DNA of 64,000 nucleotides from Octopus bimaculoides (Eukaryota). A model generated the notes under the pieces. It was not told where the DNA came from. It was given only the letters and a program-made list of their open reading frames with translations, and did not search any database. The stretch is taken from positions 44,357,311 through 44,421,310 of the forward strand of contig NC_068995.1 of the NCBI RefSeq assembly GCF_001194135.2, read 5' to 3'. The translations under genes and the position numbers were made by a program. This document shows positions 51,785 through 64,000 of the stretch, one piece after another; the stretch's first letter is position 1; the number at the start of each line of letters is the position of its first letter.

Positions 51785-52440
51785 CACAATGGGCTTCTTT
51801 CAGTTTCCATCTATCAAATCCACTCACAAGGCTTTGGTTGATCTGAGGCTATAATAGAAGACACTTGCTCAAGTATCATACAATAGGACTGAAGTTGGAA
51901 CCATGATTAATTATTGAATCAAGCCATTATATTTTTGACAAATATTTTAAACCCAGAAGGAACTGTTTCGGGATTTGAACTCAGCATGTAGAAGTACACA
52001 ATTAAAATACTGCAACTTCAGCACTTCTCTGACTCTAAGAACACCATTGAGGATATGAAAATGTAATTAAATTACTAACAAAGCCAACTGTTGATTCTAA
52101 TCCACCTCTGACTGCTTCCCTTGAAACTTGTTTTGTTTTATGGTGGTATGTGAAACATCCTCCCCTGTCTAAACTCTCTCTTTCTCTCTCTTTCACATAC
52201 ACATGTGCAAAGCAGCAAATACTCATTCGCTACTTTCAGAGATCTATTTTCATATCAACTATCTCTATAAATACTGACAACTATCTATAAATACTGAAAA
52301 GAAAAGAGACCTAGCAAGGAATATAAGTACAAGTGTCACACTGTAGATATGGCACATCACAGCAAACAGAGCAACATGTAAAGTAATATCTGTATCAACA
52401 AGTTACAAATTCAACAAAAGCTAATAATGACGATGCTTCA

Positions 52441-52634
52441 TCATCATCATCATCATCATCGTTTAACGTCCGCTTTCCATGCTAGCATGGGTTGGACGAT
52501 TTGACTGAGGACTGGTGAAACCGGATGGCAACACCAGGCTCCAGTCTGATTTGGCAGAGTTTCTACAGCTGGATGCCCTTCCTAACGCCAACCACTCAGA
52601 GAGTGTAGTGGGTGCTTTTACGTGTCACCCGCAC
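52441..52634 (-). mobile_element. Very young SINE copy
   Basis: 52460-52634 is identical to 9003-9177. Confidence 0.9.
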
Positions 52635-52869
52635 CTGTTAACAAAAAAAAATCTTATATTGAAATATTCAATTCTTAAACCAGCTATGCTCTTCTTAAAA
52701 TTAACATATCTTTATATATGTAACTTGAAAAGATTGTTGGTTATAGCCAGTCAGAGAGTGAGCAACCATTGGTTGCGCACTCTCTGACCAGGCATAACCA
52801 ACACTGTTTAAGTGTTACTGCTCTAAACTTTTGAGTGTGCTTGTTTTAAGATTTATCAACTACCGAGCA

Positions 52870-52901
<32 letters not shown>

Positions 52902-54039
52902 GTACATATATGACAATATCATTTAGAAATACAAGAGCTATTAAAAAAGAACAAATTACCTTCCACTTCTATTAACCTGTGACCACTGAATTTATTTATA
53001 GATTGCTTAAATGATTTCCCTGGCTATAAACTGTTAATGTGAAGAGAATAATTATCTGCCACCTGCCTCTCTCTGTACTCTTCACTCTGCTCAATTGACA
53101 TTGCTGTCTCTAATATCTCCCCCCCCCTCTCTCAGTAGCTTTTCACATTGTTAGTACATTGTTGTCTCACCCTGTTGGCATATACCTGGAGTTATATTGT
53201 CATGTGCTGTCAGTCCCATCTGGTCAGTGAACCCACAGAAGGTCCCCTTTTATTCTGAGCCAGAGAGCTAAGAAGCAGTGTCTAGTTTGGCACCAGCACC
53301 TAACCTATGGCTGTCTTTAGAAGAGTTCCCTCCATTAAAGGCACACGGATAAGGTTGTAACACCTTTGATGCATCCCTACAGACTACAAAATAACTCTTT
53401 GACGATAACTCTTCCTGCTGTATCAAGTGCTGATATCTCAACTCCCAACCCCCTCTCAACCTTTCTTGGCTCTCACACTTAGCCCATACTGATGACACAA
53501 AATCTTTTACTATCTTCAGTTCTTCACGTCAATTACTTTCATCCCCTAACATGCTTCCCTGACCAACATACACACTTTTCAAATATGGGTGTTCTCTTTC
53601 TCACCTGAAAACTCAACCTCTGCAAAACCCATCAGATCATTTGACCACTGCCCTGTCATATCCAGGACCAGTTTTAAGCCAATTAGACAAATCTGTTCAA
53701 ATTGGGCCCTATGGGATTCTTGTGCAAATGCTTGAACAGAGCATGCTATGATGAAATTTTAATATATCATTGTGGCTCATGATGGAACCTCAAGCCCTCA
53801 ACACTTGTTTGTTGGTACTGGCATATGACATGAGGCATAAAACATCAATCTTCAGCTTTTGTAGAATGGAGGGCCCCATTGATAATTCTATCATTGGGCC
53901 CCACACTTCCTAGCACCAGCCCTGAGCATAACCATGCATTCACATCCAATGCAATCTTCCTCTTCCATCTTCTAGACAGGTGACACAAACCAACTACTGA
54001 GTTATTCCATCTATATCCCATAAACACACAAAACCCCTA

Positions 54040-54430
54040 AATCCAATCTCTCATGAGGTTCACTCACAGATATGCTGTAAATTAGACAGAGAAATGATCT
54101 GTAGAGCTTGGAGAAAACACCTCACCCTGACCAACCATAATTCCTGCAAGACAATCATCCAAAATAACCTCCAATGGAGTGATGCCAATCTTGTCTCCTT
54201 CAACAGAACAAAGATACAATCACAACAACACATCAAGAATGCACCACCTTGATATGATGATACATTCTTGCTATGTGTGTCAAAACTGATACTTGACACA
54301 GATTCTACCCCCTCCTCAGCCATAAACATGAACAAAACAAAACCAGGACCTTCGTGGTTGCTACAAATGCTAGGCTTCACAATCATAGTGGATTTCACCT
54401 GGTTACTGCACATTTTCAACATAACTAAAA
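54040..54430 (+). mobile_element. L2/CR1-type LINE RT C-terminal remnant
   Basis: LQWSDANLVSFNRTKIQ (cf. W...NLV.FN..KTQ); a related AHTDDTKSF remnant at ~53485. Confidence 0.4.
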
Positions 54431-54939
54431 TTCCATCACAGTTTTTCCCTTCATCATCACCATTAATGTCTGTTTTCCTTGCTGGCATCGGTTGGCATGG
54501 GTCTGTGGCTCATTGGACAGTTTCATAGAGTCCAATGATCCACAGAGCTACATCAAGCCCAGTGTCAGCTTTGGCATAGTTTCTACAGCTAGATACCCTT
54601 ACTAATGCCAACCACTTTATAGTATGTACTGGGTGCTTTTTTTCACTAGTAACTTGCAAGGTAACTTGCCAGGTAACTTGCAAGACTAAGTAAAAAAAAG
54701 AAAGAAAAAAAAAGAAAAGGAAGAAGCTCCCTCGACTGAGTGGGAGGGTAATTGAAAGAAGTAGAGATGGCTTAATGCCAGGTGTTGAAGGCTGAATAAG
54801 ATAAAGGGACAAGCACAAGTGGCTTGCTACAGAGAAGACACATGGCTTCCCCCACATTATGCAAGGGTGGATGGAAGGGAGATAAAGATGGTGGTGAGAG
54901 GGGACTAGTACATACTCACAAAGTACAAGGTGAGGTGTA

Positions 54940-56075
54940 TAAGAGAGGGTATAAATGGTGGATCACATGACCAAACCATTGCAGTCTTCTCTCTTGCATG
55001 ATACATCTGATTCCTCTTAAGCCTAATTTTTCTCTCAATGCACTTGCACTTTGTTGTACATGCACACTAATATTGCTCATCCATTGGAGGCGCACCAGCT
55101 TCATTCCTCTCTAGTTTTGACATGTCCTCTACATTCAGGGCCCTCGTCTCTCTATCATGTAGCATAGTTGTTCATACACAAGTATCATACAATCTATCTT
55201 TCACTCAGAGAGAGAAAGACCCTTTGTTGCCCACAGAAGTAATAGCTTTCAGGACATTCACTATCCTATTCTTATTGTAGCAACTATGCTTTCAGAACAT
55301 CCTCCTCCACTGCTAATTAGGACACCTAAATAACAAACTATCTATAACCTCTGGGGAGCCTCCTGGTTAGTTGGTCCTTAGCATTTATTGTGTGTCTCAT
55401 GTGTCCTTAGCATCTATTCTTTCTGCACATCTGCCACATACAAAGATTACTTTCTCTGTTAACCTTCCTGTGATTCCATTGCACCTCTTATGTCTATACC
55501 TTGCACTGGGTACACCAAAGGGAATTCCTGATTAAAACCTTTCCTATATATTGAGCAGGACCATATCCTAACAGGAAGGGAGTCCTATCCATTTTCTTAC
55601 TTATCCAACCTTGGTCTTTGCTAAGTTTACTTTAAGGCTCTTTCATTATAGGTTTTGCTCCCCTACGTGGAATTTATTTTCCAGTTCTATTATCAGAATG
55701 AGGTCATCAGCATATGATAGTTCCCAAGGGCAGCCAGTCTTAAATTCCTTTGTTATGGTGCAGGAGGGGACTGAGTACTGAGCCCTGGTGAACTCCTACC
55801 TGTACACTAAATTCACTGCCATACTTGTGGCCGACTCTCACTCTACTGACAGCAGCCCTGTACATGGCTTGTATGGCTCTAACAAGCCATTTGTCTACTG
55901 TTAGCTTCCTCAGAAACTACCAGTTCAGAGAGTGAGGAACTCTGTTGAAGGATTTTTACAGATCAACACATATCAAGTACAATGGTTTCTGTTTAGTCAG
56001 ATACTCTTCCTGCAGTTGTCTTACTAGGAAGATGGCAACCATAGTACTTCTACCTGACACAAAATCAAAATCAAA
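54940..56075 (-). mobile_element. RTE-clade LINE reverse transcriptase fragment
   Basis: AIFLVRQLQEEYLTKQKPLYLICVDL*KSFNRVP...VGVHQGSVLSPLL...YADDLIL...SLKVNLAKTKV...ERRLQWFGHV. Confidence 0.92.
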
Positions 56076-56123
56076 ACTACATCTCATCTAGTCTAATTCA
56101 GTTCCTAATTAATTAATCTATAA

Positions 56124-56171
<48 letters not shown>

Positions 56172-56787
56172 NNNNNNNNNNNNNNNNNNNNNNNNNNNNN
56201 NNNNNNNNNNNNNNNNNNNNNNNNNNNNNNNNNNNNNNNNNNNNNNNNNNNNNNNNNNNNNNNNNNNNNNNNNNNNNNNNNNNNNNNNNNNNNNNNNNNN
56301 NNNNNNNNNNNNNNNNNNNNNNNNNNNNNNNNNNNNNNNNNNNNNNNNNNNNNNNNNNNNNNNNNNNNNNNNNNNNNNNNNNNNNNNNNNNNNNNNNNNN
56401 NNNNNNNNNNNNNNNNNNNNNNNNNNNNNNNNNNNNNNNNNNNNNNNNNNNNNNNNNNNNNNNNNNNNNNNNNNNNNNNNNNNNNNNNNNNNNNNNNNNN
56501 NNNNNNNNNNNNNNNNNNNNNNNNNNNNNNNNNNNNNNNNNNNNNNNNNNNNNNNNNNNNNNNNNNNNNNNNNNNNNNNNNNNNNNNNNNNNNNNNNNNN
56601 NNNNNNNNNNNNNNNNNNNNNNNNNNNNNNNNNNNNNCATGCTTTTGTTTATGTTCTCGTTTCTCATTTTGTTCACGTTGTTTTGACGTCCTGTACCCAT
56701 ATATGCATGTATATATACATATATATGTATGCATGTACATGTATGTGTGTATATATGCATATATATATATATATTTTTTTTTTCTTA

Positions 56788-57180
56788 GGAATGGCAGGAG
56801 ACTCCGGCAGAAACCAAGGCTGCGCTTTAAGGACTGTGTCAAGTCCTCATTAAAGGCCTGTGATATGCAGGACACTGACTGGGAGAGCAATGCCTGTCAT
56901 CGCCACAGATAGAGGAAACAGGTTAAGGAGGGGATCAACACTTTTGAGAGAGCACGTATCCAGCATGAAGAATTTAAGCGAGCTGCGCGAAAGTGCACGG
57001 CTCATATAGTGAATGGGGAAAGCTTAATCTGCAATGTTTGAGGTCGTGTGTGCTTGTCGAGAGCAGGGCTCATTAGCCACCAACGGAGCCGTAAATGCAA
57101 AATGTAAGTTGGTACTGGAGCGCAGAATGTTCCTGAAGGTCGGCAATGGTCTTCCTCGGTCACGAGTGGACGGCCATCAT
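56788..57180 (+). mobile_element. RTE (BovB-like) LINE 3' end with C-terminal zinc-finger remnant
   Basis: GRRLRQKPRLRFKDCVKSSLKACDMQDTDWESNACHR...ICNV*GRVCLSRAGLISHQR. CpG-rich; ends ggacggccatcat followed by (TA)n. Confidence 0.85.
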
Positions 57181-57574
57181 ATATATATATATATATATAA
57201 ATATTATTTATATTATTATATGATCGAACACCACGCATCCATTTCCAAAACAGACACAGAAGCCTGGTGTAATGTTTTACCCGACCAGCTCCTATCAAAC
57301 TGTCCAAACCATGCCAGCATGGAAACCGGATGTTAAACGATGGTGATGATGATATATCCTGTCTGCCACAGCAGAATTGATGCTGGTGCAGGTACCATGT
57401 AAAAAGCACCCACTACACTGTGGAGTGTGCTTGGCATTTGGAAGAGCCTTCAAGCCATAAAAACCATGCCAAAGCAGACAATTTAATACGGTACAGCACC
57501 TGGCTTTACCAGCTCTGGTCAAACTGTCCAACCCATGCCGGCATGAAAAACGGACGTTAAATGATGATAGTGAT

Positions 57575-57600
<26 letters not shown>

Positions 57601-57605
<5 letters not shown>

Positions 57606-57833
57606 AATAATAAATGAGTATATGCATATATACGTACAGGTATGTGCATACCTACGTCTACCTGTATATATAGGTGCATATCTGGGTACAGGACATTGCA
57701 AACAAAACGTAGACAAAACAATAATAATAACCAGAGTACAGAACACACACAGGCCACATAGAGAACATTTTCCTTCATCAGCTACCCCCATTCTAACACA
57801 GGCATTTCGAAGAGTAGGGCAGGACGCATTGTT
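57601..57833. mobile_element. (TA)n-embedded dispersed repeat (gggtacaggac family)
   Basis: Co-linear homolog of 18822-19030. Confidence 0.75.
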
Positions 57834-58849
57834 AAATATATATATATATATATATATATNNNNNNNNNNNNNNNNNNNNNNNNNNNNNNNNNNNNNNNNN
57901 NNNNNNNNNNNNNNNNNNNNNNNNNNNNNNNNNNNNNNNNNNNNNNNNNNNNNNNNNNNNNNNNNNNNNNNNNNNNNNNNNNNNNNNNNNNNNNNNNNNN
58001 NNNNNNNNNNNNNNNNNNNNNNNNNNNNNNNNNNNNNNNNNNNNNNNNNNNNNNNNNNNNNNNNNNNNNNNNNNNNNNNNNNNNNNNNNNNNNNNNNNNN
58101 NNNNNNNNNNNNNNNNNNNNNNNNNNNNNNNNNNNNNNNNNNNNNNNNNNNNNNNNNNNNNNNNNNNNNNNNNNNNNNNNNNNNNNNNNNNNNNNNNNNN
58201 NNNNNNNNNNNNNNNNNNNNNNNNNNNNNNNNNNNNNNNNNNNNNNNNNNNNNNNNNNNNNNNNNNNNNNNNNNNNNNNNNNNNNNNNNNNNNNNNNNNN
58301 NNNNNNNNNNNNNNNNNNNNNNNNNNNNNNNNNNNNNNNNNNNNNNNNNNNNNNNNNNNNNNNNNNNNNNNNNNNNNNNNNNNNNNNNNNNNNNNNNNNN
58401 NNNNNNNNNNNNNNNNNNNNNNNNNNNNNNNNNNNNNNNNNNNNNNNNNNNNNNNNNNNNNNNNNNNNNNNNNNNNNNNNNNNNNNNNNNNNNNNNNNNN
58501 NNNNNNNNNNNNNNNNNNNNNNNNNNNNNNNNNNNNNNNNNNNNNNNNNNNNNNNNNNNNNNNNNNNNNNNNNNNNNNNNNNNATATATACACACACATT
58601 ACATAGATTATATGAATATATTATAAAGGATTTTTTTACACATAAAACATTGTATATAACATCTTAATCATCATAATTATCTATTTTGGTGTGTATGTCT
58701 GTGTTTGAATAATGTATCAAAGTAGAAGTATCAATGAATGGTGACAACAGCAATATAGGTGGCAAGTGTATATAAGAGAAGAAAGATAAAGAGGGAGGGG
58801 TGATGTACAGTTAATACAGCAACAATTTCATTCAGTGAATGCTTGAGTA

Positions 58850-59400
58850 ACGGCGGACGTTCCTGTGAAAAACAGTTCTATAAATATAACCGACCAACGG
58901 GCAGAGTAGCTGCATAAAACAACCTGGCAGAGAACACCAGGACTAAAGTACACGCACAACCAAATTATAAACCATTATAAACCATATGTTTATGGCAGCG
59001 TATGCTGATGAAGACAAGGAGACTGGGGTAATTTTCGTCAAAAGAAATGCAAAAAAAAATAATAAAATGGAAACGGAAGAATTATAGTAAGGTCAGTTGA
59101 AAATACAACAAAATAACGGACAAGGAATAAATAAATGGCCAGAGTCAGCTTTTCGGGCGGCAAATGGTTATATAAGTTCGTTTGTCCTGTTATAAAACTA
59201 CAAGCTACACAACCAGCAGGATAGCCCACTACTTCACTGCATCGAGAGAGAGACAACTTCAGTTGTCATGTCAGAAATGGACGGTAATCTGTACGTAGTA
59301 AGACGAACATATCAACAACATACATACAAATACACGAGCGCACAAACATACACATTCTCAGACTAATTATACAGACCTACCTACACACGTACACATCGGT
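58850..59400. promoter_or_regulatory. CpG-rich block with no recognisable repeat match (candidate promoter/enhancer or unrecognised young element)
   Basis: About 20 CpG in ~550 bp against a CpG-depleted background; no transposon motif recognised. Confidence 0.35.
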
Positions 59401-60926
59401 GTTGAGGTGCAAAATCAATCAGGAAGAATATTAATTAACAGCTACAGTAATCAAGCTTTAAGCATTTTTAACCATACACAACACCATATATATGTGTATT
59501 ATACTACATATACACATAAATACATATATATGTAGTATACAAACATATGCATATATACATATATTATGCATCATATATTTAAATATTATACATACACACA
59601 CACATATCACATATATATATATATACATACATATATATAAATATATATATACACACAATATACACAGCTATATTATACATATATATTTGAATATGTGTGT
59701 GTGTACACATGCATAAATGTTATATATTTATTGATATTTCATGCTTCTTAACTACACAGCCATGCTTGTACATTTACATACATATACATGTATATATACA
59801 TACACACTATATTATAATGCAATTTCCAAGGTACACTATGAAATGTTTCCCCTCAACCACAACCACCATGCAATGTCAAGACAAGGAGACACAAGTACAC
59901 TCACACATACATGTCTATCTACCTTTCTGTATATGTATACACACACACACACACACACACACAGAGGCTTCTTTTAGTTTTCATTTACAAAATCTACTCA
60001 CAAGGCTTTAGCAGAAGACACTTGCCCAAGGTGCCATGCACGGAACTGAAACCATGTAGTTGAGAAGCAAACTTAACTACATAGACACACCTGCATCACA
60101 TTAAATATATATATATCACATATATGCAGGACAGAAACTTATGTATATATATTTATACATTATCTCTCTATATATGAGACATATATGTATATTTTAATTT
60201 ATTCTTATATATGTGTGTGTGTGTGTCACCATCATCAATCACTTTTCATGTCGGTATGTGTTGGATATCTTGATAGGATCCAACATCCACCCAACCCATG
60301 CCCAGTCCACCCCATGGAAAATGGACATTAAAGGATGGTGATGATGATCAGAGGACCACATCTTGCTCCAGGGTGTCAGTTTTAGCATGTTATTTACAGC
60401 TGAACATCTTTTCCAATACCAACCATTTTACAGAGGGGACTGGGGATCTTTTAGAGGCACCAGCACTAGTGAGGTCATCTTGTAACCTGCTAGGCAAAAA
60501 AGCTGCTTCAACTGGCAGAGATAATATGAAAGAGAGTGGTTATTTTATGCAAGGTCCTGAGCGGTTTAAGTATGATGAGAGGAACAGAAACAAGTTTATT
60601 GTTATGAAGAAGATATATGGCTACTTTGCAATTTATATGGGTGAGTATGGGAGATATCTGGAGTGGTACCAGAAAAGAAGAAAATACAGTGATGAGATGT
60701 ACCAGAACATATCCTCAAGATAACATGTCCACAGACGGTGACTAAAATAGAATGTGAAGAATTAAGAGGGAAGAATTAAGAAAGGACAGGTAAGGTTGCA
60801 AGAATACAAGAGGAGAGTGGGTGGGTGGATAGGTAGATAGATACATATGGACAGATATATCATCATTTGTGTTTTTCATGCTCATATAGTTGGAAATATA
60901 TATATATAGATATATTTATGTATATA

Positions 60927-61398
60927 CACAGAGTAGGCCAAGAGTCACGAAGTATAAAAATGCAGATTAATTACTTGTAGAGACACTGTATTTCGTTATG
61001 CAGCCATAATATACTACAAAGTTTATTAAACGTTTTATAAGCCAATACTGTGTTCTACTGTGTTAGCAGTGCTATTAAATCGCTTGTTAAGGTTATCTCT
61101 ACAGATTTTCTATAGAAATTATAGCAGTCACTAATTTGTTATGACATTTTTTATTCAGATACATCTAATATAAACAATGCAAATGAAGACAAAAATTGGT
61201 GTATATACATATTTCAAGAGTTGTTACTCCTTCTTCAGTGAAAACTCCTGAAAAATCATTACTGGCTATAATTTCTATGAAAAATCTGCAGAGATAACCA
61301 TAAGAAAATGTAGAGGCTGCAACAGCTGAAAACATCAGATTACACCCATTGATTGTAAAAGGCAGGTCAGACTTCGTGACTGTAGCCTAGCCTCTCTA
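60927..61398. mobile_element. Tc1/mariner-type MITE with terminal and internal inverted repeats
   Basis: Ends cacagagtaggccaagagtcacgaag / cttcgtgactgtagcctagcctctct in TA context. Internal inverted pair at ~61093-61130 and ~61260-61298. Confidence 0.75.
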
Positions 61399-61542
61399 TA
61401 TTATCAAAATGAGGTTTCCAAATATATATATATATATATATATAGGTTGGGTTATAGTCACAAAGTCTGACTGCATAATGCAATCTGTGGGCACAATCTG
61501 ATGGCTTCAGCTGTTGAACCATCTACATTTTGTGTGTGTGTG

Positions 61543-61613
<71 letters not shown>

Positions 61614-61664
61614 CAGACATAAGTAAATATGCATATATATATATATGTGTGCCTGTGTATATAG

Positions 61665-61830
61665 GTGGAGGCACATGGCTTAGTGGTTAGAGTGTTGGAC
61701 TCCTGATCATAAGATTGTAGCTTTGATTCCAGGACCAGGCAATGTAAATTTGTATCCTTGAGCAAAACACTTCCTTTCAAGTTGTCCCAATCCACTCAGC
61801 TGGCTAAAATGAGTGCTCTAGCAACGGACC
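61665..61830 (+). mobile_element. tRNA-derived SINE
   Basis: ggaggcacatggcttagtggttagagtg...ctttgattcc (A box and degenerate B box), then SINE body. Confidence 0.7.
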
Positions 61831-62152
61831 AGTGCCCCGACCAGTGGAAAATATATAAACCACACAAACCAGGAAATCTTATGAGCCAATATAACACAGG
61901 AAAGGGCTTTATATATTCCATATACATATATATATATACATGTATATACACATACACACACATGTACATATATGTGTATGTTTGTGTAAGTATATTACAC
62001 ACACACACACACATATATACACACACAAATAAATATAAACACACACATATATATTCGTCAGTGACTTTTCCATTCTTCCCGAGCATCAAACTCATACACC
62101 TGCTTATTGTTCCCTCACCTGTTTTCATCTTTTGTTTTCTGTAAATTTTAAC

Positions 62153-62183
<31 letters not shown>

Positions 62184-62192
62184 ATATATATA

Positions 62193-62276
<84 letters not shown>

Positions 62277-62854
62277 CACACACACACACACACACATGTA
62301 TATACATGCATACAAACACACACACATAGCAACAAACATATCAATAATATTTTCCAAGTCCAGAGATGAAAGCTGATAAAAATGAAAGTAGGTTGAGGAA
62401 AGAAAGAAACAAGTTGAATGACCGTTTTTGACACTTCAATATAGAGGGATAGGCTGAGTAAATAGCAGAGGCGTGGGAGAAAAAAAGAAGAGGAGGATGA
62501 GTGATGGATGGTGTATAAGAGATATGATGGAGATGGGGAAATGCAAGGGGAGGAAGAAATTTCACTCATGATCAAGACTGAACATGACTTTCTTTATATG
62601 TACACATATATGCAGATGCACAGGCACAGACATATTCATATGCACACAAACACACACACACACACACGCGCGTGCATTATGGTATGCCACTCTTAGTATT
62701 AAAAGCTTGTTTATATATTTATGCATCAAATGTAGTGACAACATTTGTGAAACTAGGGCAAAAACTTATCAAATAGTGTTCTAAAGAAAACATACATATA
62801 TATATATATACAAATATGGATGGATTGATGGATGGATAGTGGGCTGAAATAAAG

Positions 62855-63420
62855 AACGTGCAGTTTAATGCTGGAAAATTTCAAGTTCTGCACTATCAAC
62901 TCATGAATGCACTACAGCCTGCATATACAGGACCCAAAGGCACTACAATGCCACAGCCACAAACAGTGAAAGACGTGGGGATCAGTATGTGCAATTTTAA
63001 ATGCACATTGCGAAGATGGCAGCAGAGTGCTGACAACTGGCAGGATGGATACTGCATAGTGCCAAGGACTCCAAATTTACCATCAAGATATAGGACAAGA
63101 TACTGCAAGAGCCTGAGCTTCAGAGGACCACAGTTCTTCAATATCCTCCTGAAGGACCCGAGAAACCTGCACGAGGTGGATGTAGGAGTCTTCAAAATAA
63201 AACTGGACCTCTTACTGTCAAATGTCCCAGATGAGCCAAATTCACAGCTGGAGGTTCAGATGACGGTATCGGCATCAAACATCAATTCCTAATGCACTAA
63301 ATGTCATGCACCAACTGTCAATTCCTAAAAAGCATTAGTGAAGTAAAATTGTGTAGCAACACCAAATGGCATTGCCCCAGCATAGCCACAACACATGAGC
63401 TGAAACAAATCAAATCAAAT
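62855..63420 (+). mobile_element. CR1 LINE 3' fragment with internal deletion
   Basis: QFNAGKFQVLHY...VKDVGI...SLSFRGPQFFNILLKDPRNL...FKIKLDLLLSNVPDEP. 3' end gccccagcatagccacaac...gagctgaaac(aaatc)n. Confidence 0.85.
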
Positions 63421-63424
63421 CCTA

Positions 63425-64000
63425 TATTAGGTTGGCAACGAAGTTCCCTCCGATTTTTTAAATTAAAATTGTTTTTAAAAGGTTTAATAAAAAATAACAA
63501 CTAATTAATCGATAATCTATTCACACTTGTTGTTTACAACTTCTTCCCAACGTTCAACAAGATTTTCAATACCTCGTTGGTAGAAATCACCCGATTTCAA
63601 CTATAAAAATTGATCCTACCAAGCTCTCAATTCTGCATCAGTATTGAACGAAACTCCACGCGTAGCATTTGAAAGAGATCGAAAGAGGTGGAAATCCCTT
63701 GGTGCCAAATCAGGAGAGTACGACAGGTGTAGCAGCACTTCCCAACCATGCGTTTGAATGGCTTCCTTGGTCATATTGGTGAAATGAGGGCGGGCGTTGT
63801 CATGCAGCAGAAGAACTCCATACTGCCGATTAGGTCTTTTCTCTTGAATAGCCGTGTTGAGTCATTTCATCTGTTGAACATAGAGTTCCGCGTTGACCGT
63901 TTGGTTCCGTTCAAGCAATTCATAATGGATAATCTCTTCCCAGTCCCACCATACTCACATCGTTTTACGTGGATGAAGATCTTGTTTCACGCGAGGTGTC
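63425..64000 (-). mobile_element. Mariner transposon (transposase pseudogene, C-terminal half plus TIR; runs off the window)
   Basis: VWWDWEEIIHYELL..NQTVNAELYVQQ...LLHDNARPH...YSPDLAPRDFHLFRSL...ERWEEVVNNKCE. TIR tattaggttggcaacgaagtt at ~63425. Confidence 0.92.

Noticed and set aside
1-64000. Long ORFs rich in YI/CV/HT/SL/ER dipeptides or spanning X runs
   Set aside because: They are translations of (TA)n, (TG)n and (GA)n microsatellites and N gaps, not genes.

Overview
Eukaryotic, AT-rich, microsatellite-laden draft-assembly DNA with N gaps mostly next to (TA)n/(CT)n tracts. The SINE, MITE and LINE content suggests an octopus genome (inference). The only gene I can firmly support is a minus-strand Pur-alpha/Pur-beta family nucleic-acid-binding protein. 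Five coding exons (18115-18221, 10300-10402, 1746-1864, 1510-1630, 919-1022) splice in frame through GT-AG introns and encode PUR repeats I, II and most of III. The start-codon exon and the final exon were not identified with confidence. Candidate extra exons are a 15-nt microexon (18371-18385) and a 53-nt exon (20858-20910). The rest is intron or intergenic DNA made of transposon fossils: RTE and CR1/L2 LINE fragments, mariner, Tigger and hAT remnants, piggyBac-type and Tc1-type MITEs, several SINE families, putative Penelope-like remnants and three minisatellites. Most notable observations: degenerate hammerhead-ribozyme-like motifs (best at 8773-8820 and 43428-43472); a (TA)n-embedded element family that includes a 368-bp near-perfect palindrome; a three-level nested insertion; two identical 175-bp SINE copies 43 kb apart; an exact 18-nt miR-1 match in a Pur intron; and A-rich Pur codons that A-to-I editing would return to the family consensus. 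No prokaryote-type system such as CRISPR or an operon is present. Nearly all ORFs in the supplied track are microsatellite or transposon artefacts. Repeat boundaries are approximate; exon boundaries were counted base by base.
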